A stretch of 64,000 nt of DNA from NCBI GenBank assembly GCA_020348925.1, contig CP070758.1:4355688-4419687 (forward strand), read 5' to 3'. Both the position numbers and the translations under genes were made by a program. The notes under the pieces are model-generated. The model did no database searches and had not been told where the DNA came from. It saw only the letters and a list, made by a program, of their open reading frames with translations. The DNA is from Gemmatimonadota bacterium. Its GTDB lineage: Bacteria; JBHIER01; G020348925. Below are positions 19,293 through 30,445 of the stretch, in pieces (the first letter of the stretch is position 1; the number at the start of each line of letters is the position of its first letter).

Positions 19293-19865
19293 ATGATGTC
19301 CAGAAACACCTGTTTCATCGTTGCTATTTTGTTGCTTTTGCCCTTAGTCTGGTCGGGATGTGCTCAGAAAACCCCGGAAGAGCTTCACGCCACGGCCACG
19401 GAAGCACATGAGGCCGGAGAGATTGATAAGGCGGTGAAGAATTATCAGAAGTTAGTGGAGAAATACCCCGACAGCGAACTGACCTTAAAAGCACGGTTTA
19501 TGAGCTCTTACTTAAGCTCTGATACTACGGAGAAAGATGTCTCCGCTGCCGATCTGGCCTATCAAGAACATTTCTTCAATGAGGCCCAGCAGCTTCAGAT
19601 AGACGGCAAGTTCGAGGAAGCAGTCACATATTACCAGAAATTTCTGGCGGAATATCCAGAAAATGAAAAATATGCCTACAAAGCCCAATTCATGATCGGG
19701 TTCATATACAACGAGAGCCTGAAAGACACGGCCATGGCCCGACAAGCCTTCAAAAAGGTCCTCGCGGACTACCCTGAGAACGATCTCTCTGATGATGCCA
19801 GATGGATGATAGAAAATCTGGACAAAGGTCCGGAGGATATTATCACAGGGGAAGACAGGGAATAA
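19293..19865 (+). CDS. TPR lipoprotein
   Basis: Lipobox LVWSGC, TPR repeats, AGGAG RBS. Confidence 0.8.
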   Translation: MMSRNTCFIVAILLLLPLVWSGCAQKTPEELHATATEAHEAGEIDKAVKNYQKLVEKYPDSELTLKARFMSSYLSSDTTEKDVSAADLAYQEHFFNEAQQLQIDGKFEEAVTYYQKFLAEYPENEKYAYKAQFMIGFIYNESLKDTAMARQAFKKVLADYPENDLSDDARWMIENLDKGPEDIITGEDRE

Positions 19866-19886
19866 TTCGAGCGAGGATCTCGAATT

Positions 19887-20888
19887 ATGGATTTACGATG
19901 CTTGGTCCTGTGGCTTTCGGTTTCATTCCTTCATGCCTCCATTCTGTGCCAAGGCGTTTCACAAGCTCAGATAGAATCGACACCCGACGACTCAACCCAA
20001 CTCATCATGCTGCCGTCTTTTTCCGCCGATGTGGTTGTTGAGGCTATGGTGGATTCCTCCCGGGTACCGTTCAACCGTAATCTCACCCTTACAATAAAAG
20101 TCAGTTGCACCGGGGACATCAGTCGATATGAATTCCAGTGGCCGAATCCGCCGGACATCGACCGTTTCGATATTGTTGGAAGTTCCTCGGCCAATGTTGT
20201 TTCCGATGAGGGAGGTCAACGTGTAACCGTCAAAGAATTTCGATACATTCTCAAGCCGGTCGGTGAAGGGCAAGGGCGGATCGGACCGATTACTCTCTTT
20301 TATACGGACAAGAAGAGCCAGAGGGACTACTCTCTTTCGACACGGGCACTCCGGGTAGAGATCACCGAACCTTTGACCGGAGGATCAGCAGGCGTGGCTG
20401 CCACTCTGTTTGTTCCTGTCGGCCTGGTGATCGTTCTTCTGGCAGGTGGAGCATTTTTCTATCTCCGAAAAATGCGGGGTCGAAAAGAGATCGAAGTCCC
20501 CCAGCAGGAGGTGAAGAGTCCTGAGGAAACCGCATTGGAGGAACTGGAGACCGTCCCTGAATTGCGTCTGGCCGGGGAGATAAAGGAATACTATTCGGCG
20601 ATATCCAATACGCTGCGTCGTTACATTGACCGCAAATACGCCCTTCGCACTGTGGAGCTCACAACACACGATATCGTTGGCAACCTGCGGCTGAAAGAGG
20701 TCGCACAGGAGGTCATTGCGGGGATCGAACAAATTCTCAATATCTGTGATATGGTCAAATTTGCCCGCCACGAACCTCCACCGGCCGATTTGGACCGAAT
20801 TCTCTCCATGGCACACAACTTCTTCACAAGCAGAATGCATGTCCCCCCAGCGGAGGTGCAGGAGGAGAAAGAAGACACATTGCCGTAA
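19887..20888 (+). CDS. BatD-like membrane protein (Ig-like domain, TM, cytoplasmic helical domain)
   Basis: VDSSRV..LTLTI N-terminal domain; YYSAISNTLRRYI..ELTT..CDMVKFA C-terminal motif. Confidence 0.7.
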   Translation: MDLRCLVLWLSVSFLHASILCQGVSQAQIESTPDDSTQLIMLPSFSADVVVEAMVDSSRVPFNRNLTLTIKVSCTGDISRYEFQWPNPPDIDRFDIVGSSSANVVSDEGGQRVTVKEFRYILKPVGEGQGRIGPITLFYTDKKSQRDYSLSTRALRVEITEPLTGGSAGVAATLFVPVGLVIVLLAGGAFFYLRKMRGRKEIEVPQQEVKSPEETALEELETVPELRLAGEIKEYYSAISNTLRRYIDRKYALRTVELTTHDIVGNLRLKEVAQEVIAGIEQILNICDMVKFARHEPPPADLDRILSMAHNFFTSRMHVPPAEVQEEKEDTLP

Positions 20889-21059
20889 ACCTGGGAACTT
20901 TCTTGCGGTTGATTCGTATATAATTTCAGTTTTTTCATACATATCGTTTTCAAAGTCCAATCTTTTGAAGTCTCGTCGAGGGTACTCGAGAGAAGCCCCT
21001 TCTTCTTTCAATTGTTGGACTTTCTCAATTTTCGAAGGGAACCGCATAAGGAGGTGTTG

Positions 21060-22049
21060 ATGCACGAAGATATCAAGGTCATTAACGAAAAGATTGAGCG
21101 CGAAAGCGCCTTTGTTGAAACACTCTTCGGGGAGATTGGAAAGGTGATCGTCGGTCAAAAATATATGATCGACCGTTTGTTGATCGGCCTGTTGGCCGAC
21201 GGCCATGTCCTCTTGGAAGGAGTACCTGGATTGGCCAAAACCATGGCGGTAAAGACATTATCGGATGCAATCCGTACCAAGTTCCAGCGAATTCAGTTTA
21301 CCCCTGATCTGCTGCCGGCTGATCTCACGGGAACGATGGTTTACAACCAGAAGACGGCGGAGTTCTCTCCAAAGAAGGGACCGATTTTTTCCAATCTCGT
21401 TCTGGCGGATGAGATCAACCGGGCTCCGGCCAAGGTTCAGAGTGCCCTTCTTGAGGCCATGCAGGAGCGCCAGGTGACTATTGGAGAGACGTCCTTTCCT
21501 CTGGGCCAACCTTTTCTCGTTCTCGCCACTCAGAATCCTATAGAGCAGGAGGGGACGTATCCCTTGCCAGAGGCACAGGTCGACCGCTTCATGCTCAAGC
21601 TTAAAATTACATATCCCAACAAAAAAGAAGAGCGGGAAATTATGGACCGCATGACGGCCGAAGCTCTCCCTCAAGCTCAAGCCGTTCTTGATCCGGAGCA
21701 GATTCTGCGAGCCCGATCCGTGGTTAAAGAGGTCTACATAGACGAGAAGATTAAAAATTACATCATTGACATCGTCTTCGCCACAAGAAATCCCGAAAGT
21801 TTCGGTTTGGACGATGTCAAGGGACTCATCGAGTACGGTGCATCACCACGGGCATCCATATACTTAACCACAACGGCCAAAGCTCACGCTTTTCTGCGTC
21901 GGCGAGGATACGTCACCCCGGAGGATGTCAAATCCATCGGCATGGACGTCTTGCGTCATCGAATCATTGTTACGTATGAGGCTGAAGCCGAGGAGATCAC
22001 CACAGAGGACATTGTCCAGAAGATCTTCGATACCATCGAGGTGCCCTAA
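21060..22049 (+). CDS. moxR: MoxR family AAA+ ATPase
   Basis: LEGVPGLAKT, RIQFTPDLLP, LADEINRAP, ATQNPIEQEGTYPLPEAQVDRF and GASPR motifs. Confidence 0.96.
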   Translation: MHEDIKVINEKIERESAFVETLFGEIGKVIVGQKYMIDRLLIGLLADGHVLLEGVPGLAKTMAVKTLSDAIRTKFQRIQFTPDLLPADLTGTMVYNQKTAEFSPKKGPIFSNLVLADEINRAPAKVQSALLEAMQERQVTIGETSFPLGQPFLVLATQNPIEQEGTYPLPEAQVDRFMLKLKITYPNKKEEREIMDRMTAEALPQAQAVLDPEQILRARSVVKEVYIDEKIKNYIIDIVFATRNPESFGLDDVKGLIEYGASPRASIYLTTTAKAHAFLRRRGYVTPEDVKSIGMDVLRHRIIVTYEAEAEEITTEDIVQKIFDTIEVP

Positions 22050-22156
22050 TATAAAGTACATCGGAAAGTCAAAAAGCTCAAAATTAACAAGCACATAGTG
22101 GTGAGCACAGAGCATACAATGCAGAACCAAACACGCAACACGAAGGGCAGAGGCGC

Positions 22157-23035
22157 ATGCTTCCCAAAGACATCCTGAAAAAAATCCGGCGGATTGAGAT
22201 TCGAACCAATAATCTGGTCAACGACCTCTTCTGCGGCGAGTACCATTCGGTCTTCAAAGGACGGGGGATGGAGTTCTCCGAGGTCCGGGAGTATCACCCC
22301 GGTGACGATGTGAGAACCATCGACTGGAATGTTACGGCTCGCATGGGGCATCCCTACGTCAAGAAATTCGTGGAGGAACGGGAGCTGACCGTCATGCTTT
22401 TGGTGGATGCCAGCTCCTCCGGGGAGTTCGGAACCGTGGAGCAGATGAAGGGTGAAATCGGCGTTGAAATCTGTGCGCTCCTTGCCTTTTCGGCCATAAA
22501 GAACAACGACCGCGTCGGCCTTATTATTTTCACGGACGATGTTGAAAAATTCGTCCCACCCAAAAAGGGTCGAAACCACGTTCTTCGGGTGATTCGCGAA
22601 CTCCTCTATTTTAAACCGAAGAATCTCAATACGGATATAACCTGTGCCCTGGACTATATGAGCCGTATTCTCAACCGGCGGGCTGTCGTCTTCGTTATCT
22701 CCGACTTTATCACATCAGGCTATGAGACCGCGTTGAGAATAGCCAATAAGCGCCACGACATCATTCCCATCACCATCACAGATCCCCGGGAGCTGGAGCT
22801 GCCGAAGATCGGCATGATCGAGTTAGAGGATGCGGAAACGGGCGAGGAGATACTCATCGACACCTATGATCCACAAGTGCGTAAGAGCTACGGAAAACTG
22901 AATTTGGGGGAACGCAGAGAGCGGGATTCGGTGTTCAAACGCATGGACATCGATCCGGTGAACATTATGACTGATCGCTCGTATATCGAACCGCTTATGA
23001 ATTTCTTTCGCATGCGAGCCAATCGATTTCGATAG
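22157..23035 (+). CDS. DUF58 (VWA-like) protein
   Basis: FKGRGMEFSEVREY..GDDVRTIDWNVTAR, EEREL and ISDF motifs. Confidence 0.95.
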   Translation: MLPKDILKKIRRIEIRTNNLVNDLFCGEYHSVFKGRGMEFSEVREYHPGDDVRTIDWNVTARMGHPYVKKFVEERELTVMLLVDASSSGEFGTVEQMKGEIGVEICALLAFSAIKNNDRVGLIIFTDDVEKFVPPKKGRNHVLRVIRELLYFKPKNLNTDITCALDYMSRILNRRAVVFVISDFITSGYETALRIANKRHDIIPITITDPRELELPKIGMIELEDAETGEEILIDTYDPQVRKSYGKLNLGERRERDSVFKRMDIDPVNIMTDRSYIEPLMNFFRMRANRFR

Positions 23036-23049
23036 GAGAATCGTTACCG

Positions 23050-24279
23050 ATGTTTGACAAAAAAACAATTCTGTATTTGGCCGTTGCCGGCACCATGTTC
23101 ATCGTTGTGGTGTTTCTCATAATAAGCCGAGGTCCCGGGGGAGTTCCCTCGGGAGCGATGCTCCGGGAACTGGCTATCGCCCTAGAAAACAAGGAGCTGT
23201 ATGCTCAGGCCATCGAGGAGTACGAAAATTATCTGTCGACATCACGCTTGAGCCATGATAAACGGGCCAGAATCCACCACAAGATCGGGACAATTTACAT
23301 GGATAAGCTCCACGATTATGAAAATGCCCTGTCTGCATTTGTCAAAGTAAAGCATCTGGCATCCGAAGGAACCCTGACCCGTGAGGTTGATCGGCGTATG
23401 GTGGAGTGCTTGGATCGGATGGGCCGATCTCTGGACGCCCAGCAGGAATTGGAGCGAGCCACCGCCTTGGAGGAGGAGACTGACCAGGAGACGGGTGGAA
23501 CCGTAGTAGCCACAATCGGCGAGCGGAAAGTCACTCTTGAGGAACTGGAGAATAAGATCGAGGGGCTTCCGCCTTACGTCCGCGAGCAACTTCAAGATCC
23601 TCAACAGAAGATACAGTTTTTGAAACAGTACATTGCCACAGAACTGTTTTATGATACGGCCAAGCGGCGCGGTTACGATCGAGACAAAGAGATCATCCAG
23701 CAGACCTTTGAAGCGAAAAAAGGCCTCATGGTGGAGAGATTGATCGCGCAAGAGATTCAGGGCACGGTCCAGATTGATACGGCCGATATACGGCTCTATT
23801 ACAAAGCCCACAAGGACGAGTATAAAGCCCCTGAGCGGGTTCGAGTGCGCCACATCCAAGCGAGCACGAAGGCGAAGGCACAGGAGCTGTTGAATCGAAC
23901 GAAGAGCGGTGAAGTCTTCGAAAAATTGGCCCAGCTTGAATCTGAGGATGTCGACTCCCGACCTTACGGGGGTGAAATAGGTTACGTCACACGGGATGGC
24001 TTTGTTCCGGGTATCGGACAATCTGCTGATTTCGCGAACACGGCCTTCAAAACGAAAGTGGGCAAGATTGGCGGCCCTGTGCAGACAGCCGCGGGCTGGC
24101 ATCTCATTAAAGTTATCGAAAAAAAGGAAGCCGGCCAGCTCAGTTACGAGGAGGCCGCAAATCGCGTGGCGGCTGATCTCCAGCGTCAAAAGGAGACTGA
24201 GGCTTATCAGCGCATGGTCGATCACGCGCTCAGGGCGGAAAATGTTCAGATTTTCGAGGACATGATCCCGTCGGAATAG
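23050..24279 (+). CDS. Membrane-anchored parvulin/PpiC PPIase with N-terminal TPR region
   Basis: VRVRHI, FEKLAQLESED...GGEIG and PVQTAAGWHLIKV motifs; SurA_N-like middle region. Confidence 0.88.
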   Translation: MFDKKTILYLAVAGTMFIVVVFLIISRGPGGVPSGAMLRELAIALENKELYAQAIEEYENYLSTSRLSHDKRARIHHKIGTIYMDKLHDYENALSAFVKVKHLASEGTLTREVDRRMVECLDRMGRSLDAQQELERATALEEETDQETGGTVVATIGERKVTLEELENKIEGLPPYVREQLQDPQQKIQFLKQYIATELFYDTAKRRGYDRDKEIIQQTFEAKKGLMVERLIAQEIQGTVQIDTADIRLYYKAHKDEYKAPERVRVRHIQASTKAKAQELLNRTKSGEVFEKLAQLESEDVDSRPYGGEIGYVTRDGFVPGIGQSADFANTAFKTKVGKIGGPVQTAAGWHLIKVIEKKEAGQLSYEEAANRVAADLQRQKETEAYQRMVDHALRAENVQIFEDMIPSE

Positions 24280-24290
24280 GAGACGGATTT

Positions 24291-25223
24291 TTGATCGAAG
24301 TCGATCATGTAACGAAGCGATTCGGAAATATCACGGCTGTTCGTAATGTGACATTTCACGTCGAAAAGGGTGAGATCCTGGGATTCTTGGGACCCAATGC
24401 CGCCGGCAAAACGACGACCATGCGTATCATCACGGCATTTCTGCCGGCCACATCCGGTACGGTGCGGGTTGCCGGGAATGATGTTTTCGAGAAATCCATC
24501 GCTGTTCGCGAGCGCATCGGGTATCTTCCTGAGAATGTTCCTCTCTACAATCACATGAAAGTCAAGGATTATCTCCGCTTCGTCTCAAGGGTAAAAGGTA
24601 TTGACGACCGGAACCGAGACTCTCGCCTCGAGCATGCTATCGAGCTGTGCAGCATTGGGGATGTGCGGGAGACCATTATCGGAAAACTGTCCAAAGGATA
24701 CAAACAGAGGGTGGGGCTGGCTCAGGCCCTCATTCATGATCCCGATGTTTTGATCCTGGACGAGCCCACGAACGGCCTTGATCCGAAACAAATTATCGAA
24801 GTGCGGGAGTTGATAAAAAATCTCGGCGGAGACCGCACCATCATTGTTTCATCGCACATCCTGCCGGAGGTGAGCATGACGTGCGGTCGGGTCGTCATCA
24901 TCAACGAGGGCGAAGTTGTGGCCGAGGACACCCCTGAGAATTTAACGGCCAAATTGAAAGGATCTGAATCCCTTTTCCTCAGGATCGAGGGATCTCCAGA
25001 GGGTATTCTTTCAACGATAAAAGCAGTACCCGGTGTGATGAGTGTCACCACGAACGGTGAAGGGGGATACGAGGTGGACAGCGACGTTGGTCAAGACGTG
25101 CGCAGGGATTTGGCTGCCACTCTTGTGGGTCAAGGTTGGGGACTCCTTGAGATGCGTCCTATAGGAATGAGTCTTGAGGAGATCTATCTCAAGCTCACAA
25201 CGAGAGAGGAGAGCGAGGTATAG
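24291..25223 (+). CDS. ABC ATP-binding protein (GldA-like)
   Basis: GPNAAGKT, LSKGYKQRVG, DEPTNGLDP and SSHILPEV motifs. Confidence 0.92.
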   Translation: MIEVDHVTKRFGNITAVRNVTFHVEKGEILGFLGPNAAGKTTTMRIITAFLPATSGTVRVAGNDVFEKSIAVRERIGYLPENVPLYNHMKVKDYLRFVSRVKGIDDRNRDSRLEHAIELCSIGDVRETIIGKLSKGYKQRVGLAQALIHDPDVLILDEPTNGLDPKQIIEVRELIKNLGGDRTIIVSSHILPEVSMTCGRVVIINEGEVVAEDTPENLTAKLKGSESLFLRIEGSPEGILSTIKAVPGVMSVTTNGEGGYEVDSDVGQDVRRDLAATLVGQGWGLLEMRPIGMSLEEIYLKLTTREESEV

Positions 25224-25271
25224 AAAGGCCGCGGAGGTGACTCTGTGGCGAATAATCCAGGGAACACGCAA

Positions 25272-26039
25272 ATGAGAAAGAGTCTGGCCATATTGGAAAA
25301 GGAATTGGAGGCGTATTTTGTCTCGCCCATAGCCTATGCCGTCATAACGGTCTTTCTCCTCCTGTCCGGATTCTTCTTCTACAACATCCTCTCCTACTTC
25401 AACCTCCAATGCCTCCAGTACAGCCAGTATCCGTATATGCTCGAGCAGCTCAATGTCAACGAGATGGTCATGCGGCCCCTTTTTCATAATATGGCCATCA
25501 TTATTCTCCTCATCACACCCCTGCTCACCATGAGGCTCTTCGCGGAGGAGAGACGATCGGGCACCATCGAATTGCTCATGACCTCACCGGTCACCCACTG
25601 GCAGGTCACTTTGGGAAAATTCGGGGCATGCTTCATCGTCTACGCCCTCATGGTCGGGATCACACTCCTCTACACGGCGGTCCTTATGATGCACGGTGAA
25701 CCCGATTTCGGCCCCATTCTCTCAGGATACCTCGGCCTCCTTCTCATGGGTGCCGCTTTTATCTCCGTCGGTCTTTTGGCCTCATCCTTCACCGAGAATC
25801 AGATCGTGGCCGCCGTTATTAGCTTCGGAGCGCTTCTTCTTTTTTATATGATTGGCTGGCTGTCCAACTTCGTGGGGACCACAATGGGAGAGATCCTGTC
25901 CTATCTTTCGATTGTTGAGCACCTCGATGATTTTGTGAAAGGCGTCATCGATACGAAGGACATCGTCTTCTATGTGAGTTTCGTCCTCTTTGGTATATTC
26001 GTTACGGTTCGCTCCGTCGAATCGTCCACGTGGAGGTGA
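25272..26039 (+). CDS. ABC-2 permease (GldF-like)
   Basis: KELEAYFVSPIAY, LTMRLFAEERRSGTIELLMTSP and TENQIVA motifs. Confidence 0.9.
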   Translation: MRKSLAILEKELEAYFVSPIAYAVITVFLLLSGFFFYNILSYFNLQCLQYSQYPYMLEQLNVNEMVMRPLFHNMAIIILLITPLLTMRLFAEERRSGTIELLMTSPVTHWQVTLGKFGACFIVYALMVGITLLYTAVLMMHGEPDFGPILSGYLGLLLMGAAFISVGLLASSFTENQIVAAVISFGALLLFYMIGWLSNFVGTTMGEILSYLSIVEHLDDFVKGVIDTKDIVFYVSFVLFGIFVTVRSVESSTWR

Positions 26040-26048
26040 GATCGCAGG

Positions 26049-27617
26049 ATGAAGGAACAGTCCAATGTAATCGGAATCGTGGGTGTGGGACTGCTCACCC
26101 TGGGCGCCCTTCTATCCATTATTCCGGGAATACCTGAGGTGGTCCCGACGTTGTCGCTCGCTATTGGGGCCCTCGCCCTGGTCGGTTTTGTTCTTATGAA
26201 TGCCGGTCGCATCGGAGCCACACTGGGGCGGCGCTCAATGCGTTATGGGGCCAACGCGGCTCTTGTGACCCTGATCTTCCTCGGGATATTGGCCCTGGCC
26301 AATTTTATCGCCAATCGCCATCACCACCGGGTTGATCTTACCGCAAACAAACGATACAGCCTCTCAGACCAGACCCTCAACATTGTCCAAGGCCTGGAGA
26401 GAAATGTAAAGTTCACCACCTTTTACAAAGATGGCGAGGGTGAAATTCTGGAAGATCTGCTGATGGAGTATGATTATTATTCCGATCGTATCTCATACGA
26501 ATTTGTCGATCCCGATCGATATCCGGGAAAGGCCAGGAGGTACGGCGTAACAACCTACGGAACAATCGTCGTGGAGACGGATGAGAAGGAGGAGAAGATC
26601 TCAGGCAGCACTGAGGAGGACATCACCAATGCCATTCTCAGAGTGACGCGCGAAGGGAAAAAAGTCGTCCATTTCCTGAAGGGACATGGGGAAAAGGATA
26701 CGGAGAGCGACGAACGGGATGGTTATAGTATGGCCCGAGAGGCGGTTGAGGGCGACAACTACGAGGTCAAGAAACATCTCCTCATGCAGGATCCTACAAT
26801 CCCTGAGGATTGTTCTGTGCTCATCATCGCCGGTCCTCAGAAGGATCTGCTGACCCACGAAAAAGAAGCGATCACGGAGTACTTGGAGAACGGAGGGAAA
26901 GCCCTGTTTCTCCTCGATCCTTCACCGGCGGCCGGTTTGGAAGCCTACCTGAGGGATTGGGGCGTCATCGTCGGTGGCGATGTTGTTGTGGATGTCAGCG
27001 GAGTGGGACAACTCTTCGGGGCCGATGAGTTCATCCCCATTGTCACCGATTTCGGCTTCACCGACATCACCAAGGATTTTGCCGTCGCCACATTCTTCCC
27101 GTACGCCAGGTCCATATCGAAGGCTGAGAAGGCGGGTGAAGGTCTGACTGTGGAAATGCTGGCCCAAACGAGTTCTCACAGCTGGGCTGAAACCGGGTCC
27201 CTCGAAGGTACGATTGCCTTCGATGAGGGACAGGACAGCGAAGGGCCCATCTCTTTGGGCGTCGTCGTCACTGCGGATATGAAAAGTGTGAAGGAGGAGG
27301 TCGACACGTCCGACACAACGGATGTCGATGGCGAACTCAAAGGGGGTGGAAGAACCCGCATCGTTGTCTTCGGCGATTCCGACTTCGCCTCCAATGCGTA
27401 TTTCGGTCTCTCCGGTAATGGCGACCTCTTCCTGAACGCGGTGAGCTGGCTGGCGGAGGAGGAGGATCTCATCGCCATTCGCCCGAAGTCCCCTGATACC
27501 AGGCGGGTGACCATGACCTTCAGTCAGGCGAGAGGTATTTTCTTCTTCACTGTTCTTATTATTCCGGCCATTGTTTTCATCACCGGGCTTTCTGTGTGGT
27601 GGCGAAGACGGGCTTAG
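26049..27617 (+). CDS. GldG-like ABC auxiliary component
   Basis: RVDLTANKRYSLSDQT, FLKGHGE, LIIAGP, VFGDSDF and NAVSWL motifs; C-terminal TM plus WWRRR. Confidence 0.9.
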   Translation: MKEQSNVIGIVGVGLLTLGALLSIIPGIPEVVPTLSLAIGALALVGFVLMNAGRIGATLGRRSMRYGANAALVTLIFLGILALANFIANRHHHRVDLTANKRYSLSDQTLNIVQGLERNVKFTTFYKDGEGEILEDLLMEYDYYSDRISYEFVDPDRYPGKARRYGVTTYGTIVVETDEKEEKISGSTEEDITNAILRVTREGKKVVHFLKGHGEKDTESDERDGYSMAREAVEGDNYEVKKHLLMQDPTIPEDCSVLIIAGPQKDLLTHEKEAITEYLENGGKALFLLDPSPAAGLEAYLRDWGVIVGGDVVVDVSGVGQLFGADEFIPIVTDFGFTDITKDFAVATFFPYARSISKAEKAGEGLTVEMLAQTSSHSWAETGSLEGTIAFDEGQDSEGPISLGVVVTADMKSVKEEVDTSDTTDVDGELKGGGRTRIVVFGDSDFASNAYFGLSGNGDLFLNAVSWLAEEEDLIAIRPKSPDTRRVTMTFSQARGIFFFTVLIIPAIVFITGLSVWWRRRA

Positions 27618-27635
27618 AGAGGACAGAGCACGAGA

Positions 27636-29378
27636 ATGAAGTTGAAAGGCACCGTCATCTTAGGGGCCATCTTTGTCGGGCTGGCAGCCTATGTCTACTT
27701 CATTGAAATCAGGGGGACCGAGCGGAGAGAGCAGGCTGAAAGAGAAGCGGAGGCCGTTCTCTCCTTCACAAAGGAGGAGGTGGCGGAATTGAAGCTCACA
27801 TTCCCCAACAGGAGAATTCAGTGCGTCAGAGATTCGGCGGACCTGTGGCGGCTCGTTGAACCGATTGAGACAGAGGGTTCCCGGGACGACATCGAGGGTA
27901 TCCTGACATCCCTAAAAAACGCCACCATTCGTCGGACCATGGCCGATTCCGTTGACCGTCTCTCGGACTATGGTCTGGACGAGCCGCAGGTTACCGTGAG
28001 CATCAGACAGAAGAACGAAGGTTTCTGGAGTTCATTGAAACTGGGTGATAAAAATCCCACAGGTTCCTATGTGTATGTTCAAAAGGAGAATGACCCGACG
28101 GTCTTTCTCGTTTCGATAAGTCTCCTGAACGCTATAGATAAAAATCTCCAGGATCTTCGCTTTAAGAAAGTTCTTGAATTTGAGAGAGGGGAAGTGAACC
28201 GGTTGTCCTTGACGCGATCAGGAGAAGAACTTGTTTGCTCAAAATTTCTTGATCAATGGATGCTGGAGAAACCCATCCAGGCCAGAGCTGAGGGTGATGA
28301 GATCGATGAGATTCTGAGGAAATTATATGACGCGGAAGTGCGTGAGTTTGTCGCCGAAGAGACTGAGGATACGGCCCTCTATGGTTTGGATCGACCCCTT
28401 CTGACGGTCGATCTCTCTGTGGGTGAAACCAGAGCCATCAAAAGGTTGATTGTCGGTACAAGCAAGGGAGAGACGTATTACGCCAGGGATGCCTCCCGTG
28501 ATCCCGTCTTCACCGTCGACTCCTCTCTGGTTTCAGCATTGGAGGTGGGCGTGTTCGATGTGAGGGACAAATCCATACTAACCTTCAAACCCTACCAAGT
28601 CCGGGAAATTCGACTGCAGACCGAAAAGCTTACTCTTCGGTGTCTCAAAGATTCAACGGAAACGTGGCACATCATCGAGCCGATCCAGGTGAGGGCCGAT
28701 GAATCGAAGATCAACGACCTGCTGTGGGATCTGGAAGGGCTCGAAGCGGAAGAATTCGTGACGGACGCTCCCAAAGATTTGGACCCGTATGGTCTTGCCG
28801 AACCGAAATTTCAAATCCATGTGTGGTTGGAGACGGACAGTACCTTACTCTCCTGCGGGGAGAAGAGAGGTGATCAGGTCTACGTGAAAAGCAACACCGC
28901 ACCGTCGATTTATCTCGTCGATTCTGATGTTCTCGAACATGCAGAAAAGGAAGTGAGTGACTTTCGGGACTCCAAGATACTCAATTTCTATACGTATCAG
29001 GTGCGTGAGATTGAAATTGTTCACGCCGACGAAACCTCTCACTGGAAGAAGGACTCTAAGGGAGATTGGAAGGGGCTGAACGGACGATCTGTGACAAAGA
29101 GCGACATGAACGAGCTCTTGAACGATCTGCAGGGTTTGAAGGCCGTGGAGTTCGTGGATGAGGACCCACCAAACCTCACACACTATGGTTTGGCCCCACC
29201 GCGTTACAGTCTGACTCTGACGTTTGAAGGGAAGCCGCCTCAGGTTTTATATGTGGGGGCAGAAAAGAGCGAAAAAGTGTATGTCAAGAATAAAGAAAGT
29301 GATTCGATTTTTATGGTCGATCACAAGTCTATTGACAAGGTTAGATCCTTGTCGCAGGAGCAGGAAGAGGAGACTTGA
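27636..29378 (+). CDS. DUF4340 repeat protein
   Basis: N-terminal anchor; four repeats of A.EFV...L..YGLD.P...G...YV. Confidence 0.85.
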   Translation: MKLKGTVILGAIFVGLAAYVYFIEIRGTERREQAEREAEAVLSFTKEEVAELKLTFPNRRIQCVRDSADLWRLVEPIETEGSRDDIEGILTSLKNATIRRTMADSVDRLSDYGLDEPQVTVSIRQKNEGFWSSLKLGDKNPTGSYVYVQKENDPTVFLVSISLLNAIDKNLQDLRFKKVLEFERGEVNRLSLTRSGEELVCSKFLDQWMLEKPIQARAEGDEIDEILRKLYDAEVREFVAEETEDTALYGLDRPLLTVDLSVGETRAIKRLIVGTSKGETYYARDASRDPVFTVDSSLVSALEVGVFDVRDKSILTFKPYQVREIRLQTEKLTLRCLKDSTETWHIIEPIQVRADESKINDLLWDLEGLEAEEFVTDAPKDLDPYGLAEPKFQIHVWLETDSTLLSCGEKRGDQVYVKSNTAPSIYLVDSDVLEHAEKEVSDFRDSKILNFYTYQVREIEIVHADETSHWKKDSKGDWKGLNGRSVTKSDMNELLNDLQGLKAVEFVDEDPPNLTHYGLAPPRYSLTLTFEGKPPQVLYVGAEKSEKVYVKNKESDSIFMVDHKSIDKVRSLSQEQEEET

Positions 29379-29407
29379 TTTCCCTCAGGCTGCATAAACC
29401 GAGAAAA

Positions 29408-30445
29408 ATGAAACGAAGGCTAAAATTTTCAACATATCTCCTGGCTCTACTATGCTTCACGTCATTGGGGTACGCTCAGCAAGAGCGGATTTTAGTCGAA
29501 TCATCGGTGGACCGATCCACAATCACGGTCGGTGATCCCATCACCTATACACTGAGCATCACAAGAGCGGAGAGTGTGAAGGTTGAACCGCCTGAGATGG
29601 GGATCAATCTCGGTCAGTTTGAGATTCGGGACTACGAGATTGTCGAGCCTCGAAAAACGCAGGCCGGCGGTTTGACTGAAAGCTACTCGTATGTTATCTC
29701 CGTCTACGATGTGGGCGAGTTCGAGATCCCGCCGGTAACGATTGCGTACACGGATGTGGACGATCGCAGACGAGAGATAAACTCCCAGGCGATCCGGATA
29801 ACGGTCAACAGCGTCAAATCCAGCGAGGCTGAGGATATCATGGATATCAAGCCGCCAGTCGAGATTTCCGGGACAAGGAATATCTACCTGTGGGGCGCTG
29901 CTGCGCTGCTCCTGGCTCTGTGTGTTTTGATCGTTTTGGTCCTGTGGAGGCGAAAACGATCCCGGGCTGAGGTGAGAGAGGAGGAACTCGGACCGCCGCG
30001 ACCCGCCCACGAGATCGCCTACGAAGAACTGGAGCGTATCGAGGGCCTCAATCTCATAGAGCAAGGTCTGATCAAAGAATTCTATACCGAGGTCTCGGAA
30101 GTGATTCGGCGGTATGTGGGCTATCGGTATTACATCATCACCATGGAACTTACGACCGCCGAGCTCGTCGATTCTATGAAGGAAGCGGAGATCCATGAGG
30201 GGCCTATCGAGACGATTCGTTCCTTCCTGGAGGAGTGCGACCTCGTCAAGTTCGCGAAATTCATTCCTTCGAGAGAGAGGATGTCCGAGCTTATCCCGAG
30301 AGCGAGGGCTATTGTCGATGCGACAAAGGAGACATTATTGCCCACGATTCCTGAGAAAAAGGAGGAGATTGAGGATCAGAGACCTGAGACCGTGGAAACC
30401 GAACCTGTCGAGGCCGAGCCGGTAAGGAGTGAAAAGCAACCATGA
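29408..30445 (+). CDS. BatD-like / DUF4381-like membrane protein
   Basis: VDRSTITVGDPITYTL, DIMDIKPP, TM, FYTEVSEVIRRYV..ELTT..CDLVKFAK; paralogous to the 19887 ORF. Confidence 0.75.
   Translation: MKRRLKFSTYLLALLCFTSLGYAQQERILVESSVDRSTITVGDPITYTLSITRAESVKVEPPEMGINLGQFEIRDYEIVEPRKTQAGGLTESYSYVISVYDVGEFEIPPVTIAYTDVDDRRREINSQAIRITVNSVKSSEAEDIMDIKPPVEISGTRNIYLWGAAALLLALCVLIVLVLWRRKRSRAEVREEELGPPRPAHEIAYEELERIEGLNLIEQGLIKEFYTEVSEVIRRYVGYRYYIITMELTTAELVDSMKEAEIHEGPIETIRSFLEECDLVKFAKFIPSRERMSELIPRARAIVDATKETLLPTIPEKKEEIEDQRPETVETEPVEAEPVRSEKQP

Noticed and set aside
16947-24225. Long antisense ORFs (333, 273 and 327 aa)
   Set aside because: Opposite well-supported genes, with no motifs or RBS
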